Position numbers and translations under genes: made by a program | Shown here: positions 57,107 through 64,000 of the stretch, in pieces | How the letters are laid out: each line of letters starts with the position of its first letter | Numbering within the stretch: position 1 is the stretch's first letter | The notes under the pieces: generated by a model | The model's database searches: none | What the model was told of the DNA's origin: nothing | Seen by the model: the letters and a program-made list of their open reading frames with translations, nothing else | Source: Gammaproteobacteria bacterium | Lineage (GTDB): Bacteria; Pseudomonadota; Gammaproteobacteria; Chromatiales; Chromatiaceae | Reading direction: 5' to 3' | Length of the DNA stretch: 64,000 bases | Assembly: GCA_024510845.1 (NCBI GenBank) | Contig: JANEMA010000007.1 | Coordinates: 514-64,513, forward strand

Positions 57107-57842
57107 ACTCGGCACAGATACGTTCGTAGTCATCCCGGCTGTCCACGCCGGCCGGCGGCGGCTCATCCACGATCCCCACCGCGATACGCTCCCCTGCCCA
57201 CAATACGCGCAGCTGTTCCAGTGCCTCGTCCTGTTCGATGGGGGCAGGCAACCAATCCAGGTAACGCTGCAGAAATCCCGCCCGGTAGGCATAGATTCCC
57301 AGGTGGCGATACATGCCTTCCGGGCTGGCCTCGCCCTGTTCGAAGCAGCCTCGCTTCCAGGGTATGGGTGCGCGGCTGAAATACAGTGCCATGCCATGTC
57401 GGTCGGTAACCAACTTGACTACATTGCTGTCGAATACATCCTCGGCGCACAAAGGCACGCCCAGGGTAGCCATTACCGCATTGGGATGGGCATGCAGGGT
57501 GTCTGCCACACGATCGAGCAACGCCGGTGGCATCAGCGGTTCGTCGCCTTGCAGATTGACCACCAGGGTGCCCTCGTCCCAAGCCATGCACTCGACCACC
57601 TCGGCGATGCGATCGGTACCACTCTGATGGTCCGTCGCGGTCAGACAGACCTCACCACCGAAAGCATGAACGGCCTCGGCAATACGTGGATCGTCTGTAG
57701 CCACCACCACGCGGGCCGCAGCACTCTGCCGGGCTCGCTCCCAAGCGTGACGGATCATCGGCTGCCCGGCTATCTTCAACAAGGGCTTGCCCGGCAAGCG
57801 CGTCGAGGCGAAACGTGCCGGGATCACCACATGGTACTTCAT
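57090..57842 (-). CDS. kdsB: CMP-Kdo synthetase
   Basis: VIPARFASTRLPGKPL; QGDEP; EALEQLR. Confidence 0.96.
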   Translation of the reverse strand: MKYHVVIPARFASTRLPGKPLLKIAGQPMIRHAWERARQSAAARVVVATDDPRIAEAVHAFGGEVCLTATDHQSGTDRIAEVVECMAWDEGTLVVNLQGDEPLMPPALLDRVADTLHAHPNAVMATLGVPLCAEDVFDSNVVKLVTDRHGMALYFSRAPIPWKRGCFEQGEASPEGMYRHLGIYAYRAGFLQRYLDWLPAPIEQDEALEQLRVLWAGERIAVGIVDEPPPAGVDSRDDYERICAEFSRPG

Positions 57843-57844
57843 GG

Positions 57845-58030
57845 TCAACCTTCGACCTCTTCGTCAGCCGGAAGCTCGCATGCCTCATCGATCAGCATCA
57901 CCGGAATGTCGTCTCGGATCGGAAAGGCCAGGCGGTCGGCCTTGCAGATCAGTTCCGCGGCCTCCTTGCGATAGACCAACTTGCCCTTACACAGCGGGCA
58001 GACCAGAATTTCCAACAGTTTCTTGTCCAT
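57845..58030 (-). CDS. Trm112-like (YcaR) protein
   Basis: [27 protein letters not shown]. Confidence 0.93.
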   Translation of the reverse strand: MDKKLLEILVCPLCKGKLVYRKEAAELICKADRLAFPIRDDIPVMLIDEACELPADEEVEG

Positions 58031-58073
58031 GGGATTCCTCGGGCCGGCAGTACGGCGAAAACGGGAGTGTGTG

Positions 58074-59093
58074 TCAGCGGCCAGCCGGTTCGTATCGTAC
58101 CGGCAATGCATTGAGCAGCGCTTCCAGGCGCAGGATGAAGGCCGCTTCCGGCACCGCCTCGATACGCACCACCCAGACATCATCACGGTGGATCAGACGC
58201 TGGCATTTTACGGCATCCTTCTCCGTCATCAGCAAAGGCAGATCGTCCTCGAAAGCCAGATCGGCAGCACTGAAGTCGTGGTGATCGGGAAAAGCCACTG
58301 CCTCAACCAGCAGCCACTGACGGCGCAACATGTCGAAAAAGCGTTCGGGCCGCCCGATGCCGGCAATGGCACGCACCCGACGTCCACGCCACGCATCGAG
58401 CGCTTGGGCCTGACATTCATCGTTCAGGGCTACCATCCCAGTCGGGCGCATGCGCATCGCATGCGCCCCAGCTCGGTGTTCACCATTGCAGACCACCAAG
58501 TCCACCGAGCGCAAACGCGAGACCGGTTCACGCAGCGGCCCGGCAGGCAACATCAGCCCGTTGCCCAAGCCTCCCTGCCCGTCAATCACCACAATCTCGA
58601 TGTCACGTGCCAGAGCATAATGCTGCAAGCCGTCGTCCGCGATCACGATGTCGCAATCGGTGTGTCTCAGCAATGCCTCCACTGCCGCACCCCGATTCGG
58701 CCCCACGCACACCGGGCAGTTGGAGTGGTGTGCCAGCAGGACAGCCTCGTCGCCGACCACTCGGGGGTCACTGTCGGGCCGAACCTGCTGCGGCCAATGT
58801 CGGGCACAGCCGCCATAGCCGCGCGAGACGATACCCGGACACCAGCCCTGCCCATGGAGCCATTGTGCCAACCACAACACCAGCGGAGTCTTGCCACTGC
58901 CACCAACGGTGAGGTTGCCAACCACGATCACCGGGCAGCGCGCACGGTAGCTGCGCCGCAGGCCAAAGTGCCAGACAACGCGCCGCAATGCGACCAGCAG
59001 GCGAAACAATAAAGCAATGGGAAACCCGAGCACAGCCAGCAGCCCGATGCGCTGCCATTGTGATTCGATCCAGTGTTGCAGGAAGCGGGCCAA
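58074..59093 (-). CDS. lpxK: Tetraacyldisaccharide 4'-kinase
   Basis: [14 protein letters not shown]; DDGLQH; AGPLRE; TEKDAVK. Confidence 0.95.
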   Translation of the reverse strand: MARFLQHWIESQWQRIGLLAVLGFPIALLFRLLVALRRVVWHFGLRRSYRARCPVIVVGNLTVGGSGKTPLVLWLAQWLHGQGWCPGIVSRGYGGCARHWPQQVRPDSDPRVVGDEAVLLAHHSNCPVCVGPNRGAAVEALLRHTDCDIVIADDGLQHYALARDIEIVVIDGQGGLGNGLMLPAGPLREPVSRLRSVDLVVCNGEHRAGAHAMRMRPTGMVALNDECQAQALDAWRGRRVRAIAGIGRPERFFDMLRRQWLLVEAVAFPDHHDFSAADLAFEDDLPLLMTEKDAVKCQRLIHRDDVWVVRIEAVPEAAFILRLEALLNALPVRYEPAGR

Positions 59094-59095
59094 AC

Positions 59096-59530
59096 TCAGG
59101 GTTGCACCTTGCTGTCCGGTGATCCGCTGGCAGTCACACTCAGCTTGCTCATGCCGAGCTGGGCGGCCACGTCCATGACGGTGATCATCGCCTGCAGGGG
59201 CGCCTTGCGATCACCGGTAACGATCACTGGAATATCGAGATGCCCATCGGTGCTCTTTTCCAGAGCACGCCGCAGAGTTGCCACATCGTGTGAGACCAGC
59301 TCATGCTCATTGACGTAGAAATATCCCTTGGCATCAATGGTGACCTCGACCCTGTCCGGTTGCACCGGTTTCTGTTCCACCGCCTCGGCCGAGGGCAAGT
59401 TCACTTTCAATTGCGACTGCTTGTCGAAAGTGGTCGAGACCATAAAGAAAATCAGCATCAGGAACACTACGTCGATCAGTGGTGTGATGTCGACACGCGG
59501 CGACTCGGGGCGGCGAGGACGCATGTTCAT
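59096..59530 (-). CDS. exbD: Biopolymer transport protein ExbD
   Basis: ITPLIDVVFLMLIFFMVSTTF. Confidence 0.92.
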   Translation of the reverse strand: MNMRPRRPESPRVDITPLIDVVFLMLIFFMVSTTFDKQSQLKVNLPSAEAVEQKPVQPDRVEVTIDAKGYFYVNEHELVSHDVATLRRALEKSTDGHLDIPVIVTGDRKAPLQAMITVMDVAAQLGMSKLSVTASGSPDSKVQP

Positions 59531-59533
59531 GAA

Positions 59534-60145
59534 TCAGCTCTCCCGTTCGCCCTGCATGACCTCGATCATCTCCATGGCTTTGGCCTCCATGCCGATCACC
59601 AATTGATCGACCCGACCACTGAGATAGCGATGGAAGATCAGTGCCGGGATGGCCACGCTCAGACCGACCGCGGTGGTGATCAGTGCCTCGGAGATGCCGC
59701 CGGCCAATACGGCCGGATTACCCACTCCGGCGGTGGTGATGGCAGCGAAGACCTTGATCATACCGATCACGGTACCCAGCAGGCCCAGCAGCGGCGCAAT
59801 GGCAGAAATGGTACCCAGCGTATTGAGATAACATTCCAGCTCGTGCACTACCTGGCGGCCTTCTTCTTCAATGGCCTCCTTCATCACCTCGCGCGCATGC
59901 TGGCGGTTGATCAGCCCGGCGGCAAGCACCCGCCCCAGTGGCGAACTATCGCGAACGGTCGTGATAAACGCCGTATCGAGTTTTCCCTTCTTTTCGATCT
60001 GCCAGATCTGTGCAACCAGGTTCTTGGGGATGACCCTGGCGGTACGCAAGGCCCAGAGCCGCTCGCCGACGATCGCCATGGCGATCACCGAACAGGCAAT
60101 GATGGGCCATATCAGCAAACCGCCGGCCTTTACCAGCTCGAACAC
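59534..60145 (-). CDS. exbB: MotA/TolQ/ExbB proton channel
   Basis: VFELVKAGG; LGTISAIAPLLGLLGTVIGMI; GISEALITT. Confidence 0.92.
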   Translation of the reverse strand: MFELVKAGGLLIWPIIACSVIAMAIVGERLWALRTARVIPKNLVAQIWQIEKKGKLDTAFITTVRDSSPLGRVLAAGLINRQHAREVMKEAIEEEGRQVVHELECYLNTLGTISAIAPLLGLLGTVIGMIKVFAAITTAGVGNPAVLAGGISEALITTAVGLSVAIPALIFHRYLSGRVDQLVIGMEAKAMEMIEVMQGERES

Positions 60146-60262
60146 GTGCCTTTCCTCATCGTGGTGAATTGCATTGGCATGAATCATACTGGATAGAAGG
60201 AGCAGCCCCAAGACCAAGCATCGGCAATATTGGGTATCCGCGTACTGGATCACCCGGGTAAC

Positions 60263-62557
60263 TCAGGGCTGTGACAAGCGGCAAGCCACATCCTGTACCT
60301 GCCAGTAATGGCGATTTTTCTCGATGTACGGCGTGACCGTCATGGTATGAGCATCGATACGGATGTGCAGGCTGCCGCAACCGTCGGTTCTCCAGCGCAC
60401 GGCCCCAGCTGCGGCCCAACGCCGATCGACCTCAGGACGAGGGAAACGATACCGGTTGCGATAGCCGGCGGCATAGACTACGTTTCGTGCGGCCACCGCC
60501 TTCACGAAGGCATCCGAAGATGAAGTCGTGCTGCCATGATGACCGGCAACCACAAAATCGTAGGGGGCATGGGAACGCACCCAAGGCAGCAATGCCCGTT
60601 CGACGGTGGCTTCGGCGTCACCCATCAGCAACACCCGCCCGCCCTTCCCCTCGATGGCGAGCACGCAGGATGTGTTGTTGCCGTGCTGCCGCGCGGTCCA
60701 GGATGGTTGCACGAAGCGAAAACGCACTCCGTCCCAGCTCCAGTGTTCACCGGCAATGCAACGGCGCGCCGGAATGGAGACCCGATACGGCTCACCGCTG
60801 AGCACATCGCCAACCCGGATGCCACGGATCAGGGCAGCCGCAGCACCCGCATGATCACGATCACCATGACTGAGCACCAGGCGGTCGATTGTCATCACCC
60901 CATGATGCCGCAACCAGGGCAGGATCACCGCATCGGCCAGATTGAAGCCTCCCGAATAGGCCGGACCTGTGTCATAAATCAGCCGGTGTCCTGCCGTACG
61001 TACCATCACACTCAGACCCTGTCCCACATCGAGCACGTCGATCTCGAAGTCGCCGTTGGCCAGATCGGACGCGCGCGGCAGGTGCAATGCCAGCAACAAC
61101 AACAGACCGAGCCGCCGCAGCCGCCAGCCAGGTGGGGCCAGCAGTGCCAGTACCGCCAGGGACAACAGCGCGATCATCGCCGGCTCGCCCGGCAGTCGTG
61201 GAAAGGTTGTGGCCAGCGCTGCAGCCTGTTGCAGGGCTGCCCAGAGCCATTCGAGCAAGGTCTGCACGCCGAGCAGCGGCAGGTCGGTCCAGCCCGACAA
61301 TCCCAAGGAGAGCAACAGCGCGGGCATCAACAGCAGGCTGAACAAGGGCACCAGCAACAGGTTCACCGGCACCGACAGAACCGCCGGTGGCATGTCGAAT
61401 GCCAGCAATACCGGATACAACGCCAGCATGATCCCGAATTGCAGACCCAGCCATCGCTGCCAGAGTGGCCTGCCCCGCAGGTGTGGCAGCAAAGTCAGAA
61501 TCGCCGCCACCGCAACGAAAGACAGCCAGAAACCGGCATCGAGCAGGGCGGTTGGCTCACTGGCGAGCACCACCAGCAGCACCACCGAAAAGGCATCCGG
61601 CAGAGTCATGCGCTCCCGCCGCCAAAGCAACCAGGCGCTCACTGCCAACATCAGCAGAGCACGGCGGGCAGGCACACCAAACCCCGAGACCAGGGCATAA
61701 GCGCCAGCAAATGCCAATCCAAAGGCCACAGCCACGAGGCGCGCCGGGATACGCCGGCAGGCCGGCGTGCATCGCCAGATCCAGCCGGCCAACCCGCCGG
61801 CCAACGCCGCGATCAGACCGATATGCAGACCAGAAATAGCCAACAGATGACTGGTGCCGGTCTGTTGCAGTACCTGGCGCATGGTATTGTCGACCCTGCT
61901 GCGGTCACCAAGTGTCAGCGCCAGCAACAGTGCCTGCCCTGCCCCTTCGCGAGTCTGCGAGAACAGCGCGTCACGCCACCCCTGGCGCAGGCGCTCCAAC
62001 CAACAACAGGCTTCCTCATCCAGCAATTGCCGTTCGCCGCGGGACACATATCCCCGATAACGAATGCCCTGCCGGTACAGCCAGCCGGCATAATCCCAGC
62101 TGCCAGCATTACGATAACTGTGTACGGGGCGCAAGCGTAGCGTCGTGTGCCAGCGTTGCCCCACCTTCAGGGAAGGTGCTCCGCGCCACGACAGACGCAC
62201 ACGCCACTCCCCGTACCTCGTCTCGCCCTGCCGCTCGAGGCGCTCGATGCGCACCACCAGCCGGGTGATGCCCTGACGCACCACCGGCAGACGCTCGATC
62301 ACCCACTCGGCCTGCCAGTCGGCACGCTCCACCGGCCAGGGCAAGGCAGGCGGCCATGTCAACAGAGCGTGTGTCGCGGCAATCGACCAGCCCACCAATA
62401 CCCACGGCAGCCTTGCGAGGCGCTTTCGGTCACGCAGCATCACGACGAGCAACAGCGCCAGCATGGCGATCAGCGCCACGATATTCCCGTTCGGCAATAC
62501 GGGGGTCCGTTGCAGCCACCAACAACCCAGTAGAAAGAATCCAGCCTTTCCTGGCAT
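60263..62557 (-). CDS. comEC: DNA uptake protein ComEC/Rec2
   Basis: HLLAISGLH; GFWLSF; DVGQG; SHGDRDH; GHHGS. Confidence 0.93.
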   Translation of the reverse strand: MPGKAGFFLLGCWWLQRTPVLPNGNIVALIAMLALLLVVMLRDRKRLARLPWVLVGWSIAATHALLTWPPALPWPVERADWQAEWVIERLPVVRQGITRLVVRIERLERQGETRYGEWRVRLSWRGAPSLKVGQRWHTTLRLRPVHSYRNAGSWDYAGWLYRQGIRYRGYVSRGERQLLDEEACCWLERLRQGWRDALFSQTREGAGQALLLALTLGDRSRVDNTMRQVLQQTGTSHLLAISGLHIGLIAALAGGLAGWIWRCTPACRRIPARLVAVAFGLAFAGAYALVSGFGVPARRALLMLAVSAWLLWRRERMTLPDAFSVVLLVVLASEPTALLDAGFWLSFVAVAAILTLLPHLRGRPLWQRWLGLQFGIMLALYPVLLAFDMPPAVLSVPVNLLLVPLFSLLLMPALLLSLGLSGWTDLPLLGVQTLLEWLWAALQQAAALATTFPRLPGEPAMIALLSLAVLALLAPPGWRLRRLGLLLLLALHLPRASDLANGDFEIDVLDVGQGLSVMVRTAGHRLIYDTGPAYSGGFNLADAVILPWLRHHGVMTIDRLVLSHGDRDHAGAAAALIRGIRVGDVLSGEPYRVSIPARRCIAGEHWSWDGVRFRFVQPSWTARQHGNNTSCVLAIEGKGGRVLLMGDAEATVERALLPWVRSHAPYDFVVAGHHGSTTSSSDAFVKAVAARNVVYAAGYRNRYRFPRPEVDRRWAAAGAVRWRTDGCGSLHIRIDAHTMTVTPYIEKNRHYWQVQDVACRLSQP

Positions 62558-62720
62558 CGGACAGACTCGGTCGATCGGATTTCTGCCCGATTCTACTACC
62601 AAGAAGCCTGGAGCAGGACTTCGGTACCGCTCGCACGCAACTGTTATGCCGAGCGCATGCTGGACCTATGACACCTCCCACAATAACGGGCGGGCGACGA
62701 ACAGGCCAACCCACGCCCCC

Positions 62721-63050
62721 ATGCAGCAATTCCCCGTCGCCGGCGGCGAGTTGCAAGTCGGTGGCATGCCGTTGCGTGGGCTGACCGAACAGGTCGGGCA
62801 CACACCCTTCTATGCCTACGACCGGCGTGTGATCGACGAGCAGGTGACACTGCTGCGACACTGCCTGCCCAGGACCGCGCCCGACAACGGACTGCGCTCG
62901 GTGCGCGAGGAGGCCGAGCGGCAGCGTATCCGTGAGGCCCTGCAGATCCACCAGAGACAGATGACCCGCACCGCCCGCACCCTGGGCATCAGCCACAAGA
63001 CCCTGCGGGAGAAAATGAAGAAGCTGGGCATCGACAAGGACACCCCCTGA
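62721..63050 (+). pseudogene. Chimeric ORF: PLP-dependent decarboxylase N-terminus fused to a Fis-type HTH C-terminus
   Basis: MQQFPVAGGELQVGGMPL..TPFYAYDR..LRHCLP | LRSVREEAERQRIREAL..TRTARTLGISHKTLREKMKKLGI. Confidence 0.75.
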
Positions 63051-63068
63051 GCCACCCGATGCAGGCCG

Positions 63069-64000
63069 TCAGCCCCGTTCTCCCACTGGAGGCAAGGGCA
63101 ACGACAACAGCAGAGCGAGCGCCACGAACCCGGCCGACCACCAGAGACAGCCGTCCAGGCCCTGGTGCTGATAGGCCCAACCAGAGAGCACCGTGCCGGC
63201 CAGGCGCCCGCCAGCGTTGGCCATGTAGTAGAAACCCACATTCATCGAGACCTGCTCGGCCTCCGAACAGGCCAGGATCAGGTAGGAATGCACCGCTGAG
63301 TTGATGGCGAACACGACACCAAACACCACTAGCCCGGCGATCAACACCGGCGCCGGATCGCCCCCCTGCTCCAGCACCAGAGCAAGCCCCGCCGGCACCA
63401 GCATCAACACCATCGCCATCTGCCGCACGGTGCCGCCACCGGGCCCCTGTCCATGGTGGCGCTTGCGAATCAGCCTCGGTGCCGCCGCCTGCACGAAGCC
63501 GTAGCCGATCATCCATAGCGCCAGGAAGCCACCCACGGCCATGAAATCCCAGCCCAGCACATCGTTCAGGAATACCGGAAGCGCCACCACGAACCACACA
63601 TCGCGGGAGCCGAACAGAAAGAATCGCGCCGCCGACAACCAGTTGATCGCCGGGGTGTTGGAGAAGACCTGGGTGAACTTGGGCTTGGACTGCATCTGCC
63701 CGACGCCCGAAGGCAACAGGATGGCGGTGACCAGTAGCACCATTGCCAGCGCGCCGGCCAGCAGATACAGCGCGCCGCGAAAACCCAGCCACTGCAACAG
63801 TACCGCGCCAACAAAGAAGCCGCCCCCCTTGAGGGCGTTCTTCGATCCGGTGAGCAGCGCCACCCACTTGAACAGCTTCGACTCCTGGCCGTCGCCGGCG
63901 AGGACCTTCACGCTCGCCTTGGCCGACATCTTGTTCAGGTCCTTGGCGATACCGGACAGCGCCTGCGCCGCCATCACATAGGGCACTGACAACCAGGCAT
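63069..64000 (-). CDS. arsJ: Organoarsenical efflux MFS transporter (5' end outside the window)
   Basis: AQALSGIAKDLNKMSAK; LFKWVALLTGSKNALKG; SAARFFLFGSRDVWFVV; NVGFYYMANAGGRL. Confidence 0.9.
   Translation of the reverse strand, partial: AWLSVPYVMAAQALSGIAKDLNKMSAKASVKVLAGDGQESKLFKWVALLTGSKNALKGGGFFVGAVLLQWLGFRGALYLLAGALAMVLLVTAILLPSGVGQMQSKPKFTQVFSNTPAINWLSAARFFLFGSRDVWFVVALPVFLNDVLGWDFMAVGGFLALWMIGYGFVQAAAPRLIRKRHHGQGPGGGTVRQMAMVLMLVPAGLALVLEQGGDPAPVLIAGLVVFGVVFAINSAVHSYLILACSEAEQVSMNVGFYYMANAGGRLAGTVLSGWAYQHQGLDGCLWWSAGFVALALLLSLPLPPVGERG

Overview
GC-rich chromosomal window from a sulfur-oxidising gammaproteobacterium (inferred from soeABC and several c-type cytochrome and DUF302 genes). 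The first ~5.7 kb is an accessory island: a type I restriction-modification locus (hsdM, a four-helix-bundle gene, partial hsdS), a small HTH gene, an AT-rich orphan and an IS5 relic. The rest is mostly core genes: soeABC, uup, gcvR-bcp, recX-recA-pncC, waaA, pcm, TPP riboswitch-thiC, cytochrome c4-dsbA, yidD, htpX, yoaA, mrcB, parC/parE, xseB-ispA, TRAP dctQM, sppA-HAD-rluC, rne, kdsB-ycaR-lpxK-exbBD-comEC and a partial arsJ. About ten unannotated gene relics (frameshifts, internal deletions, one deletion-fusion) lie between them, suggesting early genome decay. The strongest candidate for an undescribed system is the hsd locus. An Avd-like four-helix-bundle gene is wrapped in 7-nt tandem arrays that supply the last codons of hsdM and of itself and bury the hsdS start. 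The HsdM tail carries three different repeat families in frame, just after a single amber codon that is followed by a hairpin. Other highlights are a tandem pair of Met-heptad membrane coiled-coil paralogs beside soeABC, a perfect palindrome that looks like a bidirectional leaderless promoter, an FNR-type promoter for a dihaem cytochrome-DUF302 operon between parE and parC, and a decarboxylase/Fis-HTH chimera. All family assignments come from motif recognition by eye; no database searches were run, and start codons were chosen manually where they differ from the ORF track.
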